From an archaeon (GTDB lineage Archaea > Asgardarchaeota > Thorarchaeia > Thorarchaeales > Thorarchaeaceae): a stretch of 32,000 nt of DNA. The notes beneath the pieces were generated by a model, which saw only the letters and a program-made list of their open reading frames with translations, made no database searches and was not told where the DNA came from. The stretch is taken from contig JAJRZD010000034.1 in the NCBI GenBank assembly GCA_024275415.1, positions 48,849 to 80,848 of the forward strand, in the 5' to 3' direction. Position 1 is the first letter of the stretch. Every line of letters starts with the position of its first letter. Shown here one piece after another: positions 1 through 9,897 of the stretch. The translations under genes and the position numbers were made by a program.

Positions 1-1
1 A

Positions 2-250
2 CGGATGTTCCCAATAATCCCGATTCTTATCACGCTTAACAAGACCGATATCACTCCTCCTGACAAACTGGCTGAGGCACGGAGGGCAGTGCCAAATGCC
101 TACGAGATCAATGCTATTGATGGTACTGGAGTGGATGTCCTATTACAGGATGCTGTTGAGGAGGTCGACCTCGTTTCTCTTCAGGAAGAGATTGACGAAC
201 ACATCGGGTCATTGACCGGAAGAGAATCCAATACCTTTGACCGTGATTAA
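2..250 (+). CDS. C-terminal fragment of a P-loop GTPase (Nog1/Obg-like); starts upstream of the window
   Basis: G4 motif NKTD in ILITLNKTDI and G5-like EINAIDGTGVDVLL. The frame is open to the window edge. The subfamily cannot be fixed from this fragment. Confidence 0.65.
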   Translation, partial: RMFPIIPILITLNKTDITPPDKLAEARRAVPNAYEINAIDGTGVDVLLQDAVEEVDLVSLQEEIDEHIGSLTGRESNTFDRD

Positions 251-1294
251 ACCTGTACTACCAGGTGCCCCTTCAAGAGCAATGTCAACATCAAGGATTC
301 TCTTTGCAGCCCAGATGTTTGTTTCAAGGTGAGATGTTATCCTAGTCACTCCTATCTTGCTTACTCCCTTTGCAAGCACAACATATGGGACTAGCATGTC
401 CGCAATATGAGAATCCACTGCCCTCCTTGTTTCCAACTCATCAATCAGTTTCGATGCAGCTTCGACACCAACCTCCTCAGCACGTTTTCCCCTTGATCCC
501 AGCAAATCCGCTCCAACCCGCAGCCCCTTTTCCGACTCTGCCCAAAGAACAATCCCGCTTCCAGGACCCAAGTGTGGATCACTATTTCGAGGATAGGACT
601 CTCTAACAATAGTGTCTATGGGCAGACCTTTTTTCACAAGGACTCGCTCAGCCGCTTTTGCTTGGCGATCTGCAATATGCGAAGGAAGCCTGACGCAATG
701 TGATATCCCTGAGATTCCCTTCAGACGACCGAATTCCACAAGATCAACATTTGAGATACTATCACAAGGTGTGATGCCCACAGAAACTAGCCCTCCTCCC
801 TTTGGATAATGTCCTCTTCTTCTCATGACGATTTCCACATCAGGCCCCATCCTCCTAATGATTGGCAAGAATACCTCTTGCACATAATCGATAGGGGGGC
901 TCCACGACACATCAGTGCCTCCTTTCAATTCGAGTCTGATTGTCCCTCCTGACAGAATGGCTGGAGGAAGGACAGCCTGTAGGAGTAATGATATCGACCC
1001 CGCTGTACCAATATCATACCTGAATCTCCCACTGGCTCTCTCAGAAGGGATAAACTCAATCTCGGTGCTACCCTCTTTAAGCCCTCTCACCTTTGCGTTC
1101 ACTAGTTGAGCGGTCAGGTCTATAGATGCCATGTGCTGACGTTTCAGCCCTGGCTTTGGTCTTCCTGCACGAATCTTCGTTATCCGTACGGGTTTGAGTG
1201 TCAGAGCAGATAGGGAAACAGATGTTCGAAGAATCTGTCCGCCACCTTCTCCGTATGAACCGTCAATCTCGATCATTTCATTGAAACCTGCCAT
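209..1294 (-). CDS. rtcA: RNA 3'-terminal phosphate cyclase
   Basis: N-terminal IEIDGSYGEGGGQILRTS, IRAGRPKPGLKRQH, GGTDVSWSP, RRGHYPKGGG and AVDSHIADML are the RtcA signatures. Confidence 0.96.
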   Translation of the reverse strand: MAGFNEMIEIDGSYGEGGGQILRTSVSLSALTLKPVRITKIRAGRPKPGLKRQHMASIDLTAQLVNAKVRGLKEGSTEIEFIPSERASGRFRYDIGTAGSISLLLQAVLPPAILSGGTIRLELKGGTDVSWSPPIDYVQEVFLPIIRRMGPDVEIVMRRRGHYPKGGGLVSVGITPCDSISNVDLVEFGRLKGISGISHCVRLPSHIADRQAKAAERVLVKKGLPIDTIVRESYPRNSDPHLGPGSGIVLWAESEKGLRVGADLLGSRGKRAEEVGVEAASKLIDELETRRAVDSHIADMLVPYVVLAKGVSKIGVTRITSHLETNIWAAKRILDVDIALEGAPGSTGLITVKGIGFSSGQ

Positions 1295-1361
1295 TGTAGG
1301 AGTAACCTTGCTGGTTAAGAATCCTTATTTACTACCTATTCTTCTGACTTGGGCGATAGCG

Positions 1362-1886
1362 ATGCGTTCTATATTCATTGGAAGATTCCAACCATTTCAT
1401 CTAGGACATCTTCACACCATAAAGCAGATTATTGACAAAGGAGAGTCACTCATCATTGCAATTGGCAGCTCCCAGCACTCTCACACACCCAACAACCCGT
1501 TCACGGGGGGAGAACGAGTGATGATGATCAAGCGTGTACTTATGGACGAAAACATACCACTGGAACGAGTTGATATAGTTCCCATCAGTGACATCAACAT
1601 CAATCCCTTATGGATTGCCCATCTCAAGACATACGTTCCCTATTTTGACAAGGCATACTCGCACAACACCCTTGTCCAACGGCTCTTCAGAGATGCTGGC
1701 ATCAAACTTGATGAAACCGCACTCCTGGAACGCACCTCCTACAGCGCAAACCACATTCGCGACCTTATCCGATGGGGCAATGATGAATGGAAAACACTGG
1801 TTCCGCCTGCTGTGGTAGAGATTATGGAGGAATACGAACTTGACCAACGAATTCGGGATGTGGGGAACAATACCACCAAACGATAG
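1362..1886 (+). CDS. nadM: Nicotinamide-nucleotide adenylyltransferase (archaeal NMNAT)
   Basis: FIGRFQPFHLGH (HxGH) and SHTPNNPFTGGER motifs. The start is placed at ATG 1362 because the ORF-track extension to 1194 overlaps rtcA. Confidence 0.93.
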   Translation: MRSIFIGRFQPFHLGHLHTIKQIIDKGESLIIAIGSSQHSHTPNNPFTGGERVMMIKRVLMDENIPLERVDIVPISDININPLWIAHLKTYVPYFDKAYSHNTLVQRLFRDAGIKLDETALLERTSYSANHIRDLIRWGNDEWKTLVPPAVVEIMEEYELDQRIRDVGNNTTKR

Positions 1887-2036
1887 GTTGCCTACAGCAG
1901 ACTTTAAATAAGAACCACATGGACACATAACTTGGTGAACGTTATGCTAGGTGATTGCGTTCCGAATACCCACTAGTCTGATTTTCTGTCCTAGCCGATT
2001 CCAGATTACTCAGAACAAAGCAAGTGAGAAGATACT

Positions 2037-3521
2037 ATGAGCGGTCGTGACGAGAAACCCGACACAAAACAGGTCATTTTCAACATCAGCAAAGAACATA
2101 ATTTTCCCGAGTGGTACAGTGAGATCTGCAAGGTTGCTGAACTGGCTGACATCCGTTATAATGTCAAGGGGTTCACACCGTTCTTGCCTTGGAGCATGAT
2201 GTCCATGAACCTTATGTTCGACTATCTCGAAGCAAACCTTCAAGAGAAGGGGCATCTGCCCATGTTATTTCCAACTGTGATTCCTGAAAGCAATCTGACC
2301 AAGGAAGCAGAACATGTAGAAGGCTTCACTCCTCAAGTCTTCTGGATTAGAGAGATTGGCGATGGACAGAAATTGGAAGAAGCACTCGCATTGAGACCTA
2401 CTAGTGAAACTGCGATATATCCCATGTACTCACTATGGGTTCGAAGCTGGCGAGATTTGCCAATGAAAAGATATCAGCGTTGCACGGTGTTCCGATCAGA
2501 AGTCAAGAGTACACGACCATTCCTCCGAGGAAGGGAGTTCCTATGGATTGAAAGCCACAATGTCTTTGCTACTCATCAAGATGCATTGAATCAGGTAATG
2601 GAAGACCTCGAAATCACAAAGGAAGTGGTCACAGGCGATTTTGGTATCCCTGTCATGGTGTTCAAACGAACTCAATGGGACAAATTCCCAGGAGGTCTCA
2701 ATACCTATGCAGCTGACACCCTTATGCCTGATGGAAAAGTGATTCAATTGCCATCCACTCATGACTTAGGTGACAATTTTGCAAGAGCTTTTGATGTTAA
2801 GTATCTCAACGAAGAGAACGAGATGGTGTATGCTTGGCAGACATGCTATGGGCCTGCCATATCACGAATCTACGGTGCGATGATTTCAATCCACGGGGAT
2901 GACAAGGGTCTCAGGATTCCCTATAAGATTGCACCCTATCAGGTCGTCATCGTGCCAATCTTCAAGGACAAGACCAAGGATGAAGTTATGAAGTATTGCA
3001 GGAACATCGAGAAGACCCTCCGGAAAGCTGGCATCCGTGTACACCTTGATGACACTGATCAGACACCAGGATGGAAATTCAACTTCTGGGAAATGAAGGG
3101 GGTTCCCATCAGGATTGAAGCTGGTCCTCGAGACCTCAAGGAGAAAAAAGTTGTAGCACTACGCAGGGACACGATGGAACGAGAGAGTTTCGACCTTACA
3201 TCTCTCAAGAAGAGGATTCCCAAGCTTGGCGGGGCGATTGATGCCAACCTTCGTTCGATTGCCGAATCCAAGTTTGAGGGCCTTATTGTTGATGCCGATT
3301 CAATAGGCGCCATCGAGGATGCTCTCAGCAACGGGAAAATCGCGCGGGTGCCATTCTGTACCACCGAGATGGAAGGTCAGGGATGCGGCGACGAAATCAA
3401 AGATCGGACGGGTGGAGAGGTTCGCGGTACTAGGATTGACATTGACGACCCTCTCGTTGGAGTTTGTGTTGTATGTGGCAAGGCAGCAAGTGAAATGGTC
3501 TATGTTGCACGCTCCTACTAG
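2037..3521 (+). CDS. proS: Proline--tRNA ligase, archaeal/eukaryotic type
   Basis: FPEWYSEI, LALRPTSETAIYPMYSLWVRSWRDLP, RPFLRGREFLWIESH, TPGWKFNFWEMKGVPIRIEAGPRD and a C-terminal CVVCGK...ARSY. Confidence 0.98.
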   Translation: MSGRDEKPDTKQVIFNISKEHNFPEWYSEICKVAELADIRYNVKGFTPFLPWSMMSMNLMFDYLEANLQEKGHLPMLFPTVIPESNLTKEAEHVEGFTPQVFWIREIGDGQKLEEALALRPTSETAIYPMYSLWVRSWRDLPMKRYQRCTVFRSEVKSTRPFLRGREFLWIESHNVFATHQDALNQVMEDLEITKEVVTGDFGIPVMVFKRTQWDKFPGGLNTYAADTLMPDGKVIQLPSTHDLGDNFARAFDVKYLNEENEMVYAWQTCYGPAISRIYGAMISIHGDDKGLRIPYKIAPYQVVIVPIFKDKTKDEVMKYCRNIEKTLRKAGIRVHLDDTDQTPGWKFNFWEMKGVPIRIEAGPRDLKEKKVVALRRDTMERESFDLTSLKKRIPKLGGAIDANLRSIAESKFEGLIVDADSIGAIEDALSNGKIARVPFCTTEMEGQGCGDEIKDRTGGEVRGTRIDIDDPLVGVCVVCGKAASEMVYVARSY

Positions 3522-3610
3522 GTTGTGGATAAGGTCAGATGGCTGTTTCATGCCTCTGACCAAACCTTTTCTTGATGAAGCCATCTCATTCATAATGGAA
3601 ATCACTCCCT

Positions 3611-4609
3611 ATGGCGATTATCATGAAAATCCTCGTTCCCTATCCTGATGAAACCGCCCAAAAGATCAAAGATATTGTTGGGCATGAAGCTGAGGTTGTC
3701 GTGTCTGAGCGGACTGTAGCGGACATGCTTAAAGTAGGTGGTGATGCCGAAGTCATCGCCTCTGGCAGAGTTCCCGCCGAGTTCATCCGCAAAGCGAGAT
3801 CCCTTCGGATGATACAATCTTTTGGTGCAGGAATTGACAAGATTGACCATGATGCTGTTCTTGAACGGGGGGATGTGATTGTCTGTAACAATCATGCGAA
3901 CGCGGCCGAGGTCGCAGAATACGCGATTATGCTCCTGTTGGCGACTGCGAAGCATATCGTCTTTTCTGACCGTCAATTACGACAAGGGGACTGGGCGATG
4001 GCATGGGGTGGCCCCCTGCCCAACCACGAGCTACGTAACAAGACCTGTCTGATTGTAGGTTTCGGGCATATCGGACGAGAGATTGCAAAGAGGCTTCGAG
4101 CGTTCGATATGTATATGGTTGCAGCAACAAGATCCGGGCGCACTGACCATCAAGAATTAGTAGATGAAGTCATGAGCAGTAAGGACATTATCCCAATTCT
4201 CAAAGATGTCGATTATGTCATCCTCTCTCTCCCCTTGACCACAGAATCGAGGCATTTGGTCGATAGCAAGTTTCTTTCCGAGATGAAGAGTAGTTCGGTT
4301 CTTGTCAATATTTCCCGTGGCCATATCATTGAGGAATCTGCCCTTTATCGAGCTCTCAGTGAACGAACGATTGCTGGGGCTGGTCTTGATGTCTGGTGGG
4401 ACTATCCATCTAAATGGGGTTCTTCAGGGAAATTACCCTCCGAGAACTACCCGTTCCATGATCTTGATAATGTGGTGCTATCTCCTCACCGTGCTGCATA
4501 TTCTGAGAACATTGTACAGGAACAGTTCCAGTTCGCTGGAGAGAATATTCTTCGATTCGTCCGCGGCGAAACGCCACTCAATATTGTAGACTTGACGCTG
4601 GGCTACTGA
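3611..4609 (+). CDS. D-isomer-specific 2-hydroxyacid dehydrogenase
   Basis: Rossmann GFGHIGREIA, LVNISRGHII, AGLDVWW and SPHRAA catalytic His motif. The start could be 3611 or 3623. Confidence 0.92.
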   Translation: MAIIMKILVPYPDETAQKIKDIVGHEAEVVVSERTVADMLKVGGDAEVIASGRVPAEFIRKARSLRMIQSFGAGIDKIDHDAVLERGDVIVCNNHANAAEVAEYAIMLLLATAKHIVFSDRQLRQGDWAMAWGGPLPNHELRNKTCLIVGFGHIGREIAKRLRAFDMYMVAATRSGRTDHQELVDEVMSSKDIIPILKDVDYVILSLPLTTESRHLVDSKFLSEMKSSSVLVNISRGHIIEESALYRALSERTIAGAGLDVWWDYPSKWGSSGKLPSENYPFHDLDNVVLSPHRAAYSENIVQEQFQFAGENILRFVRGETPLNIVDLTLGY

Positions 4610-4792
4610 ATCAGCGAAAACAATGAGGAGTTTTTCAATAGTTTTACCTAATCTAATGGCAAGCAGGTACTCTTAGAGGTCATTCCGAGTACCTAAAGGA
4701 GGCAGACCACAATATCTCATTTCGTCCGAGAGTCAAACCTTTTAGGGCAGTCCCTTGACAAAACATTCGAACGCTACTCAGGGGAAGTCACG

Positions 4793-6982
4793 TTGAACAT
4801 AGAACAAATCTCTGATATTCCTGGTGTTGGTGAGAAAGTCCGAGGAGCTTTGGTGGATCACTTTGGGTCAGAGTCTGTGGCATTGAAGGTCATCTTAGAC
4901 TCACGAGTGGATCTTGTTGCAGCCGTCCCGGGGATTGGTGCACGGCAAGCTGTTAACATCGTGAAAGCCGCATATGAATCACGTTTCGGCGTGAGTTCCA
5001 ATACCATTCTCAGGAGCCCTGACATCAGAAAAATATTCGAGCAAGTGCTTGACATCATCAGGAGCTACGCCAATACAGTCTATGCCAAAGACAAGCTTTT
5101 CCTGTACTTTCCGCTACCCCCTGATAGATTAGAGGAGATTGAGAATCGACAGGCTTACTTTGCTGATGCATCAGCAATGGCCAGATCATTGTCGCCCGAG
5201 CAGCGAGAAATCATCTGCAGAAACCTTTCCCAGATCAGAGGGTTGTTCAGGAGAATAAAACCAAAGCGCATCGAAGGGAGAGTCGTACTCACCAATGATG
5301 ACAAGACTTTCGACAAGCTGATTGCTGAAGGAGTTGAGAAGTGGTGTCCAGCATATCTCCTTTCTGAAGGTGAGAGCGCAGCTGATTATGCCCAAGGGTA
5401 CGATCTTGTCTTCTACATCTCGCCCTTCGGGTTCTACGACAGCTCTGTGGACATGCTTGACAATGTAGAGGCACTTGGGAAGGATTGGAGCATTGCAGAT
5501 GTTCTCCCAGAATACACTGTCGGTTTCTATTCCCGCAACTATAGGGTCATTGATGCTGCTTGCAAACTGGCAGAGGAATTCAAAGAGATTCCTACGAACG
5601 AGTCTGTGCGGAAGTTCATCCAAGACATAGACTTCGAGGATTTGATGAAAGTAGGAGAAATCCTGAGCAACCTGAATGAAGATGGGGACATCGCGACCGG
5701 CGTTGATCCCGAACTCGATAGATACAGGAAAGCGGTCAAGGCATATCCTACCGCCATTGCGGAAATGGAATCATGGCTAAATGAGCAAATTACCACTCGT
5801 ATTTCAAAGAGCCAAATAACTCTCGGCGGTCAACAAATCATCAGCATCCTGCAGTCCGCAGATATGGAAGGCGCAGATGCAGGTGCCATGAGAAATATGC
5901 TTCCTGCTGAGATCATTGAAACATTTGCCAATACGATTCAAGAGGCTGAAGAGAGGCTGGTCAACGAGCTGGGACTCACACCACGAGAAGCAGATTGGGT
6001 GACAGGAATAATCAGTGAGGAAATCGCGTTGCCTGTCAAGCTAGTAATGACACAAGTCAATGACCTTGAGGACAAGCTGAGACGGAAATATGCCGATAAG
6101 CAATTCCGACTTATTAAGAAGTACGCCAGCGATTTGGAAAAACTCCGCGAATCTGTCACCAAGGCTGTCCAAACACTCTTGGAATTTGATTTATTCCTTG
6201 CTGTAGGGCTTTTCTCTGCGGACTATGATTTGAAACGCCCGACCCTAACCCTAGAATATTCTGGAATCGGGGTCAGGGGTGCTAGGAACATATTCTTGGT
6301 TGAGAGTATGCTCAAGGGACGCCATGGCACAGTGCAACCGATTGAGTATGTAATAGGAAACACTCCACTACGCCTTCCCGGGACGAATGGTGAGAACTGT
6401 GCAATACTTTCGGGCGCAAATAGTGGAGGGAAGACAACGACAATCCAGACCCTAGCTCAAATAGCGACGCTCGCCCAGACTGGATTTCCCGTCCCCGCCG
6501 CCGAAACGATACTAAGCCCCTTTGAGGAGATCTTTTTCTTCTACAAAAGCAGAGGAATGGTGAGTGCGGGTGCTTTTGAAACGACACTCAAGCAGTTTGC
6601 TGACATTGTGGTATCAGAAAAGGCCAAATTGGCGCTCTTCGATGAGGTCGAAGCCATTACAGAGCCTGGCAGTGCGGCCAATGTCATTGCCGGACTGATA
6701 GAGATCCTTCAACAGGATCCGAAAAGCTGCACTGTCATATGCAGTCATCTTGCGAAGGAGATCGAAGCAGCTACTAGCGTGCCCATCAGGATAGACGGGA
6801 TTGAGGCGCAAGGGTTGGACGAGAATCTTGAACTGATAGTGGACAGGACTCCCCGTTTCGGTGTTCTGGCAAGGAGTACTCCAGAACTGATTGTCGAAAG
6901 GCTATCGAAGCTCGCAAAGGGGAAGAAAAAGGCAGTCTATGACAAGATTCTTGAGAATCTTAGCAAGGAGCGTATTGAATAG
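4793..6982 (+). CDS. mutS: Archaeal MutS-family ATPase (MutS2/MutS5-like) with N-terminal helix-hairpin-helix
   Basis: TTG start. HhH motifs IPGVGEK and VPGIGARQA. MutS domain V: Walker A SGANSGGKTT, SAGAFETTL, LFDEVEAITEPG. No recognisable mismatch-binding domain I. Confidence 0.85.
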   Translation: MNIEQISDIPGVGEKVRGALVDHFGSESVALKVILDSRVDLVAAVPGIGARQAVNIVKAAYESRFGVSSNTILRSPDIRKIFEQVLDIIRSYANTVYAKDKLFLYFPLPPDRLEEIENRQAYFADASAMARSLSPEQREIICRNLSQIRGLFRRIKPKRIEGRVVLTNDDKTFDKLIAEGVEKWCPAYLLSEGESAADYAQGYDLVFYISPFGFYDSSVDMLDNVEALGKDWSIADVLPEYTVGFYSRNYRVIDAACKLAEEFKEIPTNESVRKFIQDIDFEDLMKVGEILSNLNEDGDIATGVDPELDRYRKAVKAYPTAIAEMESWLNEQITTRISKSQITLGGQQIISILQSADMEGADAGAMRNMLPAEIIETFANTIQEAEERLVNELGLTPREADWVTGIISEEIALPVKLVMTQVNDLEDKLRRKYADKQFRLIKKYASDLEKLRESVTKAVQTLLEFDLFLAVGLFSADYDLKRPTLTLEYSGIGVRGARNIFLVESMLKGRHGTVQPIEYVIGNTPLRLPGTNGENCAILSGANSGGKTTTIQTLAQIATLAQTGFPVPAAETILSPFEEIFFFYKSRGMVSAGAFETTLKQFADIVVSEKAKLALFDEVEAITEPGSAANVIAGLIEILQQDPKSCTVICSHLAKEIEAATSVPIRIDGIEAQGLDENLELIVDRTPRFGVLARSTPELIVERLSKLAKGKKKAVYDKILENLSKERIE

Positions 6983-7005
6983 ACTTGATCATGGACGTGT
7001 GATCA

Positions 7006-7584
7006 TTGAGAGTGCTAGTCTTTGGAGACGCTCACATTCCAAGCAGGCGCGATTCAATCCCTGAAGCCTTCTACTCTCGTATATCTGACACCCCATATGA
7101 CCTTGCTCTTGTCACAGGCGATCTCACTCGCGAACATGATATGCGCAAGGCACTGCCGCCATTACCGCGAACCATAATTGTTCGGGGGAATATGGACTAC
7201 TATTCAAGTGAATCTCGACACCACGAACAATTGCGGTTGGGTGCATTTGACGTATTGCTCATACATGGCACCCAGCTCCGTCCACGGGGTAATATCAAAC
7301 AGCTCTGGGAGATTGCAACCACCATTGGTGCGGACATCGGGATACATGGGCATACACATACTGCATCAATTGATTTGTTCAAAGAGAAGCTTTTCTTGAA
7401 TCCTGGAACCATATCCGGTGCTACTGGGGGGTGGGTTGGTCGGCAAGAGGCAAGTTTCATCGAGCTGGACATAGATGATGCCAAGATCAGTGTCACACTC
7501 TTCAAGAGTGACTGGAATGTCCAGAAGACCTCTACACTTGCTTTCACCATAGAGGATGGTTGTGTGAAGCGGTCATCTTCCTAG
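7006..7584 (+). CDS. Calcineurin-like metallophosphoesterase, Vps29/MJ0936 family
   Basis: GDAHIP, TGDL, VRGNMD, LIHG, HGHTH and FLNPGT motifs, with all metal-ligand positions present. Confidence 0.88.
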   Translation: MRVLVFGDAHIPSRRDSIPEAFYSRISDTPYDLALVTGDLTREHDMRKALPPLPRTIIVRGNMDYYSSESRHHEQLRLGAFDVLLIHGTQLRPRGNIKQLWEIATTIGADIGIHGHTHTASIDLFKEKLFLNPGTISGATGGWVGRQEASFIELDIDDAKISVTLFKSDWNVQKTSTLAFTIEDGCVKRSSS

Positions 7585-8132
7585 CACTCGTTCTCGATGT
7601 CCTGCCACGGGTCAGGACTCAGCAATCGCAGGTATACTGCCTTGACAATCGTACTAGATAGGTTTAATGTCGCATTGAGCACCTTGTCTGGATTTCCAGT
7701 CAGCCCTTCCTCGGCATATGCCTTCTTGATCTCCTCCTCTGGCCAGATATCTCTAGTCCATCTGATAGAACGCAAGAATGCTTCTGTGGTCTTTACTACA
7801 TCCGGATGCTTTCCTTCCTTGACGCGTCCCAAGGACAACAGGCAGCTTGTTCTCAGGCATTCAGATATGATAGACTGTAAGGAATCTGAGAGCTTGTGAT
7901 TTGAGGCACATGCAATTCCGATACCCATCAATAACATCCGTATCCTGTCAAGGAGAACCCCGACATGTACGTTGACAATCCTCTTAGTCCTCATAGATGC
8001 CTTCCAATCATCATATCGCTCATTCACCCTCTCAAGCTCCACAATATGGTGTGAAAGCCTGCCAAGCTTGCGTGAGGGTACCAAAGGACACCAGACTTGC
8101 AACATCTCATCACTGGCATCCTTGGTCTGCAT
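7581..8132 (-). CDS. Hypothetical protein (helical)
   Basis: 183-aa ORF with protein-like composition, converging on the phosphoesterase with a 4-nt overlap. No motif recognised, and the start is uncertain. Confidence 0.55.
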   Translation of the reverse strand: MQTKDASDEMLQVWCPLVPSRKLGRLSHHIVELERVNERYDDWKASMRTKRIVNVHVGVLLDRIRMLLMGIGIACASNHKLSDSLQSIISECLRTSCLLSLGRVKEGKHPDVVKTTEAFLRSIRWTRDIWPEEEIKKAYAEEGLTGNPDKVLNATLNLSSTIVKAVYLRLLSPDPWQDIENEC

Positions 8133-8351
8133 TTTCCATATCTGACTCCTTATCGTTTGCCTTCGGTGTTAACGCCGGCTGTTTCCTTTTGAAACTAGCT
8201 CGCCTGTAATTGTGGTGTTTGTTTGTCACACTTGCAGTTGTTTGGTAGTTACTATATTGCAATCTATGTGTGCCATCTTCAATAAGAGGCATGAGGATTT
8301 CTATGACCAACTTGAAATCGAGGGGCTGACCTTTTTGATAAGGTAATTATC

Positions 8352-8721
8352 ATGGAACTCGATGACAAGTATTCAATAAGCACAGAGGTCATGTTCGAGG
8401 CACTGACTCTGATCGATATTCCCAAAGGGATAGAATCATGCTCTAAGAAGGCAGAATCATACGTTGTGCGAAGTGAATGATTCTGTCATCCGTCTAGGAG
8501 TGATCCACGGCGAATTCCATTGGCATAGACACATCAATGAGGACGAGCTCTTCTATGTCGTAGACGGACAACTCCTTGTCGATTTGGAGGGGCGTACCAT
8601 TGAGGTCAATTGTGGCAAAGCGCTTCTTGTTCCCCGCGGAGCCCTTCACCGAACATGAGCACCTGTAAGGACTGTCTTCCTCATGGTTGAAGGATGTGGT
8701 GTGAAGCCAACAGGTGACTGA
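8352..8721 (+). pseudogene. Cupin-domain protein pseudogene (one frameshift and one nonsense codon)
   Basis: ATG 8352 gives MELDDKYSISTEVMFEALTLIDIP. A frameshift near 8445-8455 leads into LCEVNDSVIRLGVIHGEFHWHRHINEDELFYVVDG. An in-frame TGA at 8656-8658 interrupts HRT*AP, and the frame continues to VKPTGD* at 8721. Confidence 0.85.
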
Positions 8722-8761
8722 AAAAAGAGCATAGGAGGCGGGGTATGCCTCCCATCAAAAT

Positions 8762-9706
8762 CTATTTCCTGAGCTTTAACCAGATAGCGACGATTGCCAC
8801 TACTGCCACTCCACCAACAACCATCAGTGTGGTTGTCGAATCCAATGGCAGGGTATCTGCTGATGCGATTCCCAACACAGGGTCGTAGATCAACGTGTCA
8901 TTCCCGAAGTACTCAAATGCTAAATATACTGACTCTCCTCTTTCACCGCCCATGCCTTCACCGTAGCTGGCTCTGACTTGAAGGGAGTTCTGAGACTCCA
9001 GTGCGAGGGCTTCCTCCTCATAATGCATGTATGCATTGTCGAAGTTGAACTTAGTTCCTACCTTGTGGAACCCTCTAGGATTCCTCTCGGGCATCCCTTC
9101 GCCATGACCGCTCTCAGTGATGGTGAATTGTAGGACTAGGATTGAACTATCATATGTCCAGTTCCAGCCATCGATAATGACATCGAACTTCACTTCTCCC
9201 GGGTTGTCCATGTATAGATGGACTCGGATTTGAACCATGACATCAAATGCCACCATGTCAGGTATCTGCCAATTTTCGCCCATGGGCCGTGGGTCGAACT
9301 CTGTGGTCGTGGTGAAGTTGAAGTGGACAGCTGTAATGTTATCGCCTTCACTCTCGGTTTCAAAACCGCTGAACTCCCAGCCCGATGTTGGGAGCATGAA
9401 ACGAGCTCCTATGACCTCGTCCACCCCGCGAGTGAAAACGTTGTCCCCGTCCGTGTCATTGGCCTCGAAAAGACTCACAAAGAGCATGTGATAGTCTATG
9501 GATTCGTTATTCGGATCCCACCAGAAAAAGTGTGGCACCTGATTTGCACCGACCACCTTGACGCTCAATTCGTCAGTGCTTAGAGTGACGACGCCTGCAG
9601 AATGGTTGTACTGCAATCCGTTGCCCTGTGCGGAAGCTGCCGGAATGCTTATGGCCAACATGCCGACCGCCAGCAGCGAGAGTATAATTTTCATGTGATT
9701 ATTCAT
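8762..9706 (-). CDS. Secreted, C-terminally membrane-anchored putative surface glycoprotein
   Basis: Signal peptide (MKIILSLLAVGMLAISIPAASA), C-terminal TM helix followed by KLRK, and seven N-x-S/T sequons (NHS, NES, NDT, NIT, NFT, NWT, NDT). Confidence 0.8.
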   Translation of the reverse strand: MNNHMKIILSLLAVGMLAISIPAASAQGNGLQYNHSAGVVTLSTDELSVKVVGANQVPHFFWWDPNNESIDYHMLFVSLFEANDTDGDNVFTRGVDEVIGARFMLPTSGWEFSGFETESEGDNITAVHFNFTTTTEFDPRPMGENWQIPDMVAFDVMVQIRVHLYMDNPGEVKFDVIIDGWNWTYDSSILVLQFTITESGHGEGMPERNPRGFHKVGTKFNFDNAYMHYEEEALALESQNSLQVRASYGEGMGGERGESVYLAFEYFGNDTLIYDPVLGIASADTLPLDSTTTLMVVGGVAVVAIVAIWLKLRK

Positions 9707-9897
9707 TTTATCACCAAGAGCAACTGTCCTTACAGGTAATATAATGACTCTTAGAAACGATGGTTACATGAGGTAGAAAAACAGCACTCATAACATCCTG
9801 CTTCACAAAGCAAGTTTTATCAACGGTTCTAAAGGTCGTACTCATTGTTATATCTTTGAGCCACATATTAATATCCCTCTGAGAATATAGCCGGGGC

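Noticed and set aside
209-1294. Functional link between RtcA and the intron-containing tRNAs
   Set aside because: It lies 10 kb away in a housekeeping block, and archaeal tRNA ligation uses RtcB on ends that EndA already leaves cyclic. There is no positional evidence.
8656-8658. In-frame TGA in the cupin gene read as selenocysteine
   Set aside because: The position corresponds to Arg in HRTRAP (CGA to TGA), not Cys, and the gene also has a frameshift.
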